The position numbers were made by a program, and so were the translations under genes. From Chiloscyllium plagiosum (lineage: Eukaryota): a stretch of 64,000 nt of DNA. Under the pieces are notes generated by a model that saw nothing but the letters and a program-made list of their open reading frames with translations, searched no databases and was not told the origin of the DNA. Each line of letters opens with the position of its first letter. Within the stretch, counting starts at the first letter, position 1. The stretch spans positions 24,932,750 to 24,996,749 of the forward strand of contig NC_057719.1 of NCBI RefSeq assembly GCF_004010195.1. The letters are read 5' to 3'. This document shows positions 24,486-36,549 of this stretch, in pieces.

Positions 24486-26986
24486 GGTCTCGATTAGAAT
24501 GGTGCTGGAAAAGCACAGTAGGTCAGGCAGCATCTGAGGAGCAGGAAAATCGACGTTTTGGCTGAAGTGTTCTGAGGCGGAAGATGAGGTGTTCTTCCTC
24601 CAGGCATCGGGTGGTTAGGGAGTGGTGGTGGAGGAGGCCTAGGACCTGTATGTCCTCGGCACAGTGGGAGGGGAAGTTGAAATATTGGGCCACGGGGCAA
24701 TGGGGTTGATTGGTACGGGTGTCCTGGAGATTTTCCCTAAAGCGCTCTGCAAGAAGGTGTCCAATGTAAAGGAGACTGCATCAGGAGCAACGGATACAAT
24801 AAATGACATTGGTGGATGTGCAGGTGAAACTTTGATGGATGTGGAAGGCTCGTTTGGGGCCTTGGATGGAGGTGAGGGGGGAGGTGTGGACGCAGGTTTT
24901 ACAATTGCTGCGGTGGCAGGGGAAGGTGCCAGGACAGGAGGGTGGGTTATTGGGGGGCTTGGACCTGACCAGGTAGTCACGGAGGGAACATTCTTTGTGG
25001 AAAGCGGAAAAGAGACAGGCATAGCTGGGGCCCATGCGGGTGCCAATGGCTGCCCCTTTCATCTGGAGGAAGTAAGGGGATTTGAAGGAGAAATTGTTAA
25101 GGGTGAGGACCAGTTTAGCCAAACGAATGAGTGTCAGTGGAAGGGTATTGTTGGGGACGTCGGGAGAGGAAGAAATGGAGGGCTTGGAGGCCCTAGTCAT
25201 GGCGGATAAGGTGTAGAGGGATTGAATGTCCATGGTGAAGAGGAGGTGTTGGGGGCTGGGGAAACAGAAGTCTTGGAGGAGGTGGAGGGTGTGAATGGTG
25301 TCTCGAACGTATGTGGGGAGTTCCTGGACTAGGGGGGATAGGACAGTATCGAGCTAGATGGAGATGAGTTTGGTGGGGCAGGAGTAGGCTGAGACAATGG
25401 GTCGGCCAGAGTGGTCAGGCTTGTGGATCTTGGGAAGGAGGTAGGATCGTGCTTCGGAATACTTCAACCCCAGGGCATCAATGTGGACTTCACCAGTATC
25501 CTTATTTCCCCTCCCCCTTCCTTACCCCTTCCAGCTCAGCATCATCCTCATGACCTGTCCTACCTGCCAATCTTCCTTCCCACCTATCTGCTCCACACTC
25601 CTCTCTGATCTAGAATATAGAACATAGAACATAGAAAAGTACAGCACAGGACAGACCCTTTGGCCCACGAGATTGTGCCGAGGGTTAATCCTAATGTAAA
25701 ATATAGTAACTTAACCTACGCATCCCTCAACTCACTGCTATCCATGTGCATGTCCAGCAGTCGCTTAAATATCCCTAATGACTCTGCTTCCACCACCACC
25801 ACAGGCAACGCAGTCCATGCATCCACAACACTCTGCATAAAGAACCTTCCTCTTACGTCCCCTCCATACCTTTCTCCTAATATCTTAAAACTATATCCCC
25901 TCGTACCAGTCAATCCTGCCCTGGGGAAAAAGTCTCTGGTTATTGACCTTATCTATTCCTCTCATTATCTTATATACCTTGATCAGGTCTCCTCTCTTCC
26001 TCCTTCTCTCCAGAGAGAAAAGTCCGAGCTTATTCATCCTTTCTTCATAAGGCAAGCCCTCCAGTCCAGGCAGAATCCAGGTAAATCTTCTTTGCACTCT
26101 CTCCAAAGCCTCTGTATCTTTCCTATAGTAGGGTGACCAGAACTGGACACAATAGTCCAAGTGTGGTCTCACCAGGGACTTATAGAGTTGTAGCAAAACC
26201 TCATGGCTCTTAAACTCGATACCCCTGTTAATGAAAGCCAAAACATCATATGGTTTCTTAACAATCCTATCTACTTGGGTGGCAATTTTGAGGGATCTAC
26301 GTACTTGCACACCCAAATCCCTCTGTTCCTCCACACTGCCAAGAATCCTGTCATTAATCCTATATACAGCATTCGAGTTCGACTTTCCAAAATGCATCAC
26401 TTCGCATTTATCCAGGTTGAACTCCATCTGCCATTTCTCAGCCCAGCTCTGCATCCTGTCAATGTCATGCTGCAGCCTGCAATAGCCATCGATATATCAA
26501 CGGCACCTCCAACTTTTGTGTCATCTGCAAATTTACTAACCCACCCCTCAACCTCCTCATCCAAATCATTTATAAAACTACAAAGAGCAGAGGCCCAAGA
26601 ACAGAGCCCTGCGGGACCCCACTCAACACTGACCTCCAGGCAGAATAGTTTCCATCTACAACTACTCTTTGCCTTCTGTTAGCCAACCAATTCTGAATCC
26701 AGATAGCCAAATCTCCCTGCATCCCATATATCCTGACTTTATGAATGACCTACACCTTCATCCCCACCTCCATCCACCTATTGTACTCTTGGCTACCTTC
26801 TCCCCAGTCCCATCCCCTTCCATTTATCTCTCCACCCCGGAGGCTCCCTGCCTACATTCCTGATGAAGGGCTTTTGCCCAAAACATTGATTTTCCTGCTC
26901 CTCAGATGCTGCCTGAAACACTGTGCTTTTCCAGCACCACTCTAATCTAGACTCTGATGTTCAGCATCTGCAGTCCTCACTTTTGC
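24486..26986. mobile_element. Neptune-type PLE (minus-strand RT/GIY-YIG remnants, inverted pLTR), 15-bp TSD, itself interrupted by a CR1
   Basis: ORF 24781-25233 MDIQSLYT..LVLTLNNFSF..QMKGAAIGTRMGPSYACLF..FTCTSTNVIYCIRCS (PLE RT plus endonuclease); TSD ctcactgaagatgtt at 24471-24485 and 26987-27001. Confidence 0.88.
25613..26745 (-). mobile_element. CR1 LINE nested in the PLE pLTR
   Basis: ORF 25891-26454 WQMEFNLDKCEVMHFG...LYKSLVRPHLDYCVQFWSP; tail (tagaaca)n; flanks tgatcta/tgaccta rejoin the pLTR. Confidence 0.9.
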
Positions 26987-29318
26987 CTCACTGAAGATGT
27001 TTCGTATGGTGACAAAACGTCTGAAAACAAACCTTCCAGCTCAACGAGCAAACTTACATCCACACAGTAACAGTGCAATACCTTTTTTAAAATTTGAAAT
27101 ATTGCAAAAATCATAGAGAAAAAGTAGAGGACAGGAATCATCTATACTAATTTGTCATTATCAGAGATGTACTTAAATTTTGCTTAACCATTAAATCCTC
27201 AGAATTAATAATGCTTATTTACATTATAAAGAGGTTAATACCTTACTGCAAGCATATTTGGAAGATAACCCAGACTACCAAAGTGCACTTTGATTAGAAC
27301 ATTTATCATGATATGATATACACCCTTCGTAAAATGAGAACTAACTTCTTCCAGGGGTAATATCTGACTTGTCTGAATCAGATATGACACAGACCATGTA
27401 AGTTAATTATCATCCACCTAAGTTCAAACTTGGCATCAGGGAATGTTTTACAGTGTTATCTGAAATAACATTTTTCAACTGAAGAGTATGAAATTACAAC
27501 TTGTTAACGAAGAACTTCATGGTACAGACAGAATCAGCTTAAAATTACAGGAATGCTGAGATTTACAGATGCGTACACAATGGGAAATGGATACATCATC
27601 AGAAACCAACACTTTCAATTCTGAGCAGGAATATGTAGAAGACCCTGAACCAGTTCAAATGACAAATACCAATGATTAGCGTAGCTTGACGGATTAATAA
27701 GACATAGTGGAAAACTCTTTGAACCCTATAGAAAGTATTCCCCACTCGAGATGAATTACTTTGATGTCTAGTAACTCCTTACGATCGAGAGATGTGAAGA
27801 TACTACTAATTTCACATGCTTGGAGGAACAGATGAATCTTCGTAATCTGCTTATCTGATATTCTTAACAGCACAGTCACTAGGAGTTGACCCATGATGCA
27901 GACAAATCAGTTGTTTAAAAGAAACAGTATCCAAATAGCACAATATCTTTTATTGTCTGTAATTAAACCTCATAAAATGACTAAGTTATCCAAAGGTTTA
28001 CATGAGAGAATTGAAAGATGATGTGACTACCTCATCACAATTTCAAAAGGAGAAGATTAGGTTTTTCAGAGATACAACTGTCTTCTCTGATATGATTTGA
28101 AGAAACATTCAACAGTAACATTGATGCCAGAGGATGTCCTCTGTAAGGAGAATTTAGGAAATCAAAGATCCACTAAGGTTCCAGTATAACACCAAACTGT
28201 ACCTGAACGTTTCATCCTAAAGCATAAACTTTCATCCTAACCAAGTCCTCAGCCATTTATAAAATTGGAGGCCTGAGGGAAGGAGTAAACCTTCACTTAT
28301 TTGAAACAATTGTGTAAAGAAGTTAATGCCTAGAAAAAATAAGTTTGTAGGGAAATATTCTATAGTTTAAAACATCAAAGGTTTAACCAAGATTATGAGT
28401 TAAGTTTTGTTCATCCAGATTTAAAAGACTGGGTTCCTTGGGGGAGTGAACCAATTTTTATTAGATTGCTAATACATGTTCCAGTGTTACAGTATCAATT
28501 GATACAGTGCTATGTCCATCTGGATAACAATGAGATGTACTTACTTGTAAAGTGAGTTGATGATGTCTCACAAAAGGCGATCATGTATCTTAAATGTAAC
28601 ATAATTAACTATTCACCTCTCTAATAAATCTTTACTGTTTATCAAGACTAAACTTATCTGAGGCTGAAGTCTTCCTGTGACCTCTTTCCCCTAATGATAG
28701 CAATAATTTAGACTCATATCAATAAAAAGGATGGGATACCTAAAGTATCCCAAATTGCTCAAGAGGACATGACATATGTTCCCTTTTTTCTTTTCCTCAG
28801 CAGTGACTTCTGAAACCAAACGTTAATGCTGTGAATGGTATCAGCATGCCGATTTCCGTGTACAGACCCTTAGAACTGCTGTGCCACTTAGAGGGACCGT
28901 TGGACATAACTGTGAAAATACAATACTTGCCACTTATCAGCTGCAGGACATGTTGTACATAGACACAGACTGTTTTAATATCATGTTGGCAAAGTATAAT
29001 AAGAGGACTGTCACAGTAGGGATGTTTTACTACATCTATAAAGGGCTTGGGGAGACCACACTTAGATACTGTGAACGCTTTAAGTCTCTTTATTTAAGGA
29101 GTAATTTATTTGCATTGGTGGCACTTCAGAGAAGGGTCACGAAGTTGATTGTGGCATGTAGGTGTTGTCTTATGTGGAATAGTTAAGCAACATGGGCTTA
29201 TACTTGGATCTTAACGAATTATAGGTATCTTATTGGAACATATGAGATCATTAGGAGGTTTGACATAACAGGTGCTGAGAGGATGTTTGCTCTCATAAGG
29301 AATCTAAAAAGGAATTGT

Positions 29319-29521
29319 GGGCGGCACGGTGGCACAGTGGTTAGCACTGCTGCCTCACAGCGCCAGAGAANNNNNNNNNNNNNNNNNNNNNNNNNNNNNN
29401 NNNNNNNNNNNNGTAAATGTAGGGGTATGGGTGGGTTGCGCTTCGGCGGGTCGGTGTGGACTTGTTGGGCCAAAGGGCCTGTTTCCACACTGTAATGTAA
29501 TCTAAATCTAATCTAATCTAA
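29319..29521 (+). mobile_element. HE1-type SINE (spans assembly gap 29371-29412) inside an old CR1 fragment (~29020-29790)
   Basis: 5' A box and 3' tail flank the N run. Confidence 0.85.
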
Positions 29522-30306
29522 AAATAGGGGCACAGTTTCAGAATAAGGTGCCTCCCATTTAAGTCAGAGTTGAAGGGAGTTTCTTTGCTAAGTTCATAAA
29601 TCATTTGAATTCTCTAACCCAGAAAGCAAGTGATGGTTGGATCATTGAAAGTATTCAAATCTGAGTTAGAGATTTTTGATCTATAAGAGCATCAATGGTA
29701 ATGTGAAAGCAGACAGTAAAGTGAATTAAGGCCAGAATCAGATCAACCATGATCATATTGAAGTGAAGAACAGGCTTTAGAGGCCAAATGGTAACATTTT
29801 TTATGTTCTTAGGTAGAAGTAGTGAAGGGGGCAGAGCCCTGTGCAATCATCAGTGAACACCCCCATCTCCAATTTTCTGGTGGAGGGAAGGTCATTAAAG
29901 CAGCTGAAGTTGTTTGGACCCAGTTCACTACCCTGAGGAATTCCTGCAGAAATATTCTGGAGCTAAAATAATTGGGCATCTACAACCACAATCATCTTCC
30001 TTTGTACCAGATATGACACTAACTAGTGGAGATTTCTCAACGATTCCCTGACTTCAATTTTGCCAGGGTGCCACACTTGGTCAAATGCTTGATGTCAAGG
30101 TCAGTCACTCCCACCTGTCATTTGGAGTTCAGTTCTAAATCCTCTGTGGACCATGGCTATGATAAAATCAACCGTCAACTGACCCTAATGGAACCCAGAC
30201 TACATTGGTCCTTCTGGTCTTTTTGCACATACATCAAATCTTCTCACGTTATGAAAAAATAAGCTTTCTTATCAGTTCATTCCTCTTGTTCTTAAAATCA
30301 TTTTAA

Positions 30307-30690
30307 ATGAACACCAACTAGCCACGAAACGACACGACCAGCTATCCTTAGTAGCCACACACGCAGATGACAAGCAACATGAATTCAACTGGGACAACAC
30401 TACTATTATAGGACAAGCCAAACAGAGAACAGCCAGGGAATTCCTAGAGGCATGGCACTCATCCACAGATTCAATCAATAAGCACATCGACTTGGACCCA
30501 ATATACCGGCCACTGCAACGGACAGCTGGAACTGACAACCGGAGGCGGCCGATTCAAACCACTACAAATGCCGGAGAAAAGATCACAGAAGCGCTTCACA
30601 GGAGGCTCCCAAGCACTGAGGATGTCACCTAGACAGGGGACGAAACGTCTGCAACACAAATTCCCAGCTCGGCGAACAGAACCACAACAA
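30307..30690 (+). mobile_element. Poseidon-type PLE 3' end: GIY-YIG C-terminus and hammerhead-containing pLTR
   Basis: Open frame EHQLATKRHDQLSLVATHADDKQHEFNWDNTTIIGQAKQRTAREFLEAWHS...INKHIDLDPIY; little decay. Confidence 0.85.
30613..30652 (+). ncRNA. Minimal type I hammerhead ribozyme motif (PLE-associated)
   Basis: GCA-CUGAGGA-U-GUCACCU-AGAC-AGGGGAC-GAAA-CG-UC|UGC; stem I GCA/UGC; palindromic ACGU stem III. Confidence 0.75.
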
Positions 30691-33600
30691 TCTACTTTGT
30701 TTGAGATGACCTTGGAAAGCTGGATTAATATCCATTTGCTGTTGCTGAATGGAATACTTACTAAGTATATATTCTATGCATGGAAGAATGAAAGATGCAC
30801 CATATTAAAATATTTCTGATTTTGGATTAATCATACAAAGATAAACTAAATATTGGTCATATTACCAGCACATTAAATACAATGAAAATGAATTCTCTAG
30901 AATGATCCACATTTTCTGCTAATACTTTGCAATGTCAGTGATAAATATGAACATTCTATGGCTATGAATCAATATGGCTACCTACAATAGAAGCAAAGTG
31001 TTATCCTGTACATGTTTGTGTACTGTTTGTATATGTTTAAAACAAAATGTAAATTATGTAAATGACATCTTCATTTGATATGGATGTCATTACTTAGAAG
31101 AAATAAATCCAAATATTTAGATTGTGGGAATTGACTGTGCACAAGTAGCTACCACATTTTCTACACTACAACAGTGACTATATTTCCAAAGTACTACTTT
31201 GGCTGTAAATCACAATGGGACATCCTGCAATATGCCAAATAAATACAAGTCTTTCCATTTATGTGAAGGTAGACGTGATCTTGGTAAAAACTATGAATGT
31301 TTAAGCTGGTGAATGGATTGCCTCTTGAACTTGCAGATAAGGCAAGATGAAAAATCACTTTTTATCTAATATAAACCAAAGTAAACTGATAAACATTCAA
31401 TTTATCAAAGCCTCTTTGCTCTTGCGTTCTTTCCAATTTACAAAATCCAAAATGTCCTTTCTTAAATTATATCTGTCTGCATAAAAAGAATCATGTCTAT
31501 GAGCATCTCACTGTCTCTGTGCCTTTGGAACTGTCAGGATCTTTCTCTTTAAATGGGTAATCCTTTTTATTGTTTATCTTGAAAATTCATTACCTCGTTT
31601 TTTCTGCACTAAATTCCATTTGCCTCCTTCTGCCTGGTCACCTAATCTCTTTTATGCCTTCATGAAGTAATTCATCATCTTTCTTGCTATTTATTCTTAA
31701 TTTTATGCTATCAGTTTTGATATTGTGCTCCCTGTGGTAAAGTCCACAATTATCAATCAAGAAATAAAGTGGGCAAAATTCCTCTACAATGCTTTTCTAA
31801 CATTAGCAAAACTTATTAACCTCAGGCTTCTGTTCAACAGCTTACTTTCTATTCATGTCGCTGAATTTCTTTTCATAGAACTTCACATCATGCCTCCTGT
31901 GAGGCGCTCCCTTGTGGATATTCCAAAACTTATAGGTATCTTTTCTTTATTCTTGTAAGGGATGTGGGATGAAAAGCAAGGCCAGCATTTGATGCCCAAA
32001 TCTGATTTGCCTTTGAATTGAATGGTTTGCGAGATGATTTTTAAAAATCAAGGTGTAGCATCAACATGTAGGCCAGACAGCGTAAGGATAGTAGATCTTT
32101 CCTCAAGAGTACATTAGTGAACTAAATATTACATGGTTGCCATTACACTCGCTTTGAATTCCAGATTTTTATTGAACTCAAATTTCATCATCTGCCACTA
32201 TGGAGTTCAAACTCATCTCCCAAGAACATTAGATGAAAGCTCTTGATTACTAATGCAGTGATATCACCACTGAACTACTGTCTCTCCACGATGTTTACAT
32301 TTATTTTATCTCAATCATATTTAATAACTTGAATCTGTCAAATTTAATTTCTGTAATTGGTTTTATGTTATATTTTTCATTGTTCCATGTATTTCCAATG
32401 GCTTTGCAATATTAATTTACCCAAATCAAAATCAATTTAGTTCTTGATCTTGCTTCTTTTTTCTGTGTTTAAATATAATCAGTCTTTAAGCAAGAATACT
32501 GAAGTATATTTAACTGTTCTGAAGAAGTCATAGTAGATTTAAACAAAAACAGAGTGCTAGAGAAACACAGCAGGGTCTGTCAGCATCTGTAGAGAAAAAA
32601 AGAGTTTATGTTCAGAGTTTAATGAAGACGCGAAATGTTAACTCTGTTCTCTCTACAGATGCTGGCAGATCGGCTGAGTTTCTCCAGCACTTTCTGTTTA
32701 TTTTAAAATATATTAGATGTTGTACAACCTGCACAGCCGATGATCGAACAATTCTGTGATTTTGTATGGCAAAAGTCACAAATAGCTCTTATCCTGAAAT
32801 TATGAAAAAGGGTAGCTAGACTTAAAATGTTAACTCTGCTTTCTATCCAGTGATGCTGTCAGACCTGCTGAATTTCTCCAGAAATTTCTGTTTTTGTAGC
32901 TCTACGTCATTCACATTCAGTTTTTTTTTACAGCTGTGGAGAATATACTGTCTTCAATATTAAGCAACACGTTTATTATAAAAATGTAAATTCAACTCAT
33001 AATTATGTGGGAGTGAGTGAAGGCTGTAAACCCGAGTAATTATGTGGGAGTGAATTGAAGGCTATAAGCCAATCTTCGAGTAGAGATTTTTAAAAAGTGG
33101 GAATGTAGATAAATAAATCAGAAAATGTTGAAGATACACAGCAGCTCTGTTCTCGCCTGAAAGAAACATAAGGACAAAAGGGGGTCAGGTCTCAGTGTGA
33201 CACAGAAAGTGTCTTGAGTTAAAGTTTAAATATCTTAAATTTAATTCTAAACCTGGCTTGTGTTTGTTTCTTTTAAATCAGGATACAAGCAACAATCGCA
33301 ACACACTCAGCCTTCGTCCTTCCAGTTAATGCGATCCACTCAGACGTTAATCCGTTCACAGGAGGAAAGCACAAGGCTTTCATTCTCTCTTCTCATGTTG
33401 GTGCTGTTGCTTAGCGACGGAGCCGGTGGCTGTGGCGGTGTCGGCGCGTTCTCCCGCGGGGCACCGCTCGGTGGCGATGTCGCCGGCGGCCTCCGGGGGC
33501 GGCTGGAGCCTCGCAGTTGGGGAGCTCTCTTGACCCAATCGGAGAGGGCCTGGTGAGACAAGGAGCGGGTCTTTCAGTAACCTAGCCTCCGATTGGACGC

Positions 33601-33779
33601 ATGGTTTGGGCTTGTGGTCCAATCAGGTGGGGGTTTGGGCGGCGGGGTTGGGGAGGGAGAGGTGATGGGGATGTGGGTTTGGAGTGGGGTTCGAGGCGGT
33701 AGCGGATCGGGTCTGTGCTGAGCAAGCGGTCTCGGGAATTTTGTTGGAAGGGAGGATCGCGGGCCCAGTCCGGAGTGTG

Positions 33780-33932
33780 AGGAGGGGGACGAAGAGAGAG
33801 AGAGAGGTGGCGACGACGACGACGACGACGACGGAGGGGGAGGTGTTCGGGAAAGAGCTGGAAGGGCAAAGGTCTACTCTGCTGAACCCGGCTACTCTCG
33901 CTGGGAAAAAAAGAGCGGCGGAAAAAGTTCAG
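33780..33932 (+). other. BTBD7: Probable non-coding exon 1 (5' UTR) of BTBD7; start approximate
   Basis: GC-rich segment downstream of CCAAT boxes ending at a good donor CAG|GTAAAG (33932/33933); exon 2 begins in the UTR, so an upstream exon is required. Confidence 0.65.
33811..33833 (+). repeat. (CGA)7 trinucleotide microsatellite in the putative BTBD7 exon 1
   Basis: cgacgacgacgacgacgacgacg read directly. Confidence 0.9.
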
Positions 33933-36549
33933 GTAAAGGAGCCCCCCCCCGGCCCAGGAGAGCGAGCTCGGGGGTCCCCGGTGTCGGCAGCTTCCCTCGA
34001 CCCCTGCGCTGCCTCTGTCTGGAGGAGGAGAGGGTAGTGATTGAAGGGGCTGTGTCTACGTTTGTGTCAGTGTGTGTGTGGACGAGAGAGTGGAGACTTC
34101 TAATTATTGGTGGCATTCACAACATATTGCTGAGCGGCGGAATTGCACCGGGGTTTTGGGAATGGTTTGGAGAGGGGGGAGGCACTTTCAGGTTCCCAGT
34201 GGAGCTGCTTCTCCCTAATTGCTAAGATTCTGGGGGGCGGGGAGACACTGGATGCAATTTGCATCCCTCCGAATCGCAACGAAGAGTTAAAGGGAGTGGG
34301 GAGGTAACTGTTTAAGGTGGAATGGGGTATGCAACTGGTTGCTGACATGTCGTCTTCTGTACCCCCAGTCCTCCCCCAAAACACATGCATAGATCTGTTT
34401 TACTGTTAGTGAACAATTTCTGCAACATGTAGGCTGCAACAGGAGTGCAAACTGAGTAATAAGTATTAGTCATTTTTCTGCATTTTTCACTGGGTGGGTT
34501 CTGTCAGAATGGGTGTAATTTTTATGGAATATCTTCCCTGTTTTTTTTGGTTCTGTCACAGTCCAGAGATATGTCTACCTTTGACATTGCAGGACATATG
34601 CATTATTTATACACATCCACACACATACTGTTTCCTTCTTGGGCACAGGGCAGGTATTCAAGTTAATAGAATGACTGGAAAATGCAGAAAATGTGATAGT
34701 TATTGGTTAATTTTGGCATTAGGGAATATGTTGATGTTCAGATGTTATTTTGCTGCTTAGAGACTTGGAGTTTGTTCAGATTTATGGGCTATGAACAGCC
34801 TGAATTCATGTTAGTATTTAGTGCTCTTGCATTGGAAAAGTGGCCTGCTGTTGGTGGAATATTGATATTTGGGCAGTGGTGGTCCTAAGATAGGCCCTTG
34901 TGGTGCTTTGGGATATTAGTAGTTTTTTTTTGTAAAATAATTTTGTAGTTGCATGCCCACTTTCTCAATTTACAGTAGGTGTTGACTTCCAATATGAAAA
35001 ACCTCAATCTCAAACAATTAGAATTGTATAATAGAAGGAAGATTTGAGGAGTACTGAATTGTGGTAAAGCAGTCAAGCCATTCAATGTACATTAGCTGAA
35101 GTAGCCATGAAACAAACTAGTTGAATGGTATCAGTTGACTTCTTTTACTGTGATTACAACTATCCACATTTGTACGTTTCGCCAAACAGCTGTAGGAAAG
35201 CAATGAGGAATAAAAGCTCCCGAGCAGTACTTCTACCAAATGTAGAATTGACTTAGTTGGGATCACGTAGTACTTAACAGGGATATTTTTGGTTTGTAAC
35301 TTGTTGGGATATGCATTTGTTCAAACATTTGAGACAATTTTTCTCTAGTTGCCTGTCAGTGTGTGCTATCAACCACTTCTTGCCAATTTACAGACGCCTT
35401 AATCAGAGGAGTGTTCTAGGATTCTGAGATGACTTCCCATCACCTTGTTTCTGCTGATAGAAATGAATGCATGAAGATGGTTAGGAACTTGAGAGTAATC
35501 CTAGGGAGGCAGCAATGTAGGCATTTGTGTATATGCACATGCAGTTCTACATAGGTTTGTATACAGGAAGTAACATACATTTCTTGTCACATTTTTAACC
35601 ATACTCTTGTCAACAGTTACAGTTCAAAATGGCAGCACATTCAGTTTTGCTGCGTCAGTTGTCAAAATGGAATCATAGTGTCATAGAACACAGAAGCAGG
35701 TCCTTTGGCCGAACTGAACGCTTTTATCATTATGTAGCTTTGCAGCATTAGCCCTTCATGCCCTACTGGCTCTTTCAGAGAGGTATCTAATTCATCCCAT
35801 TCCCTGATTTATCCCTATAGCCTTGCAGTTTTTTCCTCTCAATTTCTTATTCAGTTTTCATTTTGAAAGTTATCAACTTGATTTCCACCACCTTTTCTGG
35901 CAGTGCACTCCAACATATAAACACTTGCCACACAAGATAATTTCTCTTCATGTTGCCTCTCTACATCTGTGTCGCCTTGTACCAATCTTTCTAGTATTGC
36001 ATAGTTTTCCTTTAGCTAGATAACATCATGGTTAGACAAATTGTAAGATAACAAGGTTTCTGAATTTCAAGCTCCTTAATGTGAATTATGAAAGTGATTT
36101 TTTTTCTTTGTGGATAACAGTATATGTACAACTATCATTGTGCTGACTGTAAGAAGTTTTTAAGGTCATAATTGCAGAGGCTGAAATGGGCAGCTTTTCT
36201 AAGAAGCCTATCGTACCTGTCCATATGGGGTTAAGATTACAATAAACTGTTAAAATATTCCAAAATGCAAATACTTCTAGTATGAAGCTCAATTAAACAG
36301 TTTGAAAGTGTTTAAAAATTGAAAATTTAAAGCCAAATGTACTACTTAGGAGCAGAAGTAGGCTATTTAGCCCATTAAATCATGTCCACCAATCAGTGTT
36401 AGTTCATGGCTGATCTGATAATCCTCAATACCACTTTCCTGCTGTATCCCCATTACCCTGATTCCTATAATGTTTAGAAATCTCTGTCTCAGCCTTGAAT
36501 ATACTTAGCCCAACCGTGTTAGCCTTCTGCTATAAAGAATTCCACAAGA

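Larger units (their letters stand above)
24276..27060 (+). mobile_element. Poseidon-type PLE 3' end (SINKHIDLDPIY, pLTR with hammerhead), split by a nested insertion
   Basis: 24295-24485 joins 27002-27060 and resembles the copy at 30307-30690; candidate TSD cacacaataatagt (24262-24275) / cacacagtaacagt (27061-27074). Confidence 0.72.
21397..28774 (+). mobile_element. Putative ancient LTR retroelement (diverged direct repeats ~21397-22450 and ~28422-28774) fragmented by younger insertions
   Basis: Colinear anchors TGATGTCTCACA (21533-21544 = 28561-28572), TAAATCTTTACT.TT.ATCAAGA (21594-21616 vs 28625-28647) and TCCCCT.ATG.TAG.A.TAATT.AG; PBS-like TGGTATCAGCAGTAG at 22459-22473. Confidence 0.6.
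33290..34290. promoter_or_regulatory. CpG-island promoter of BTBD7, probably bidirectional
   Basis: Only CpG-dense non-repeat segment in the window; CCAAT boxes at 33535-33539 (+), 33592-33596 (-) and 33619-33623 (+); GC-box-like GGGCGG near 33638; RFX X-box-like GTTGCTTAGCGAC at 33406-33418. Confidence 0.8.

Noticed and set aside
33260..34390. Several 60-117 aa ORFs on both strands
   Set aside because: Low-complexity translations expected from a GC-rich island; no recognisable protein.
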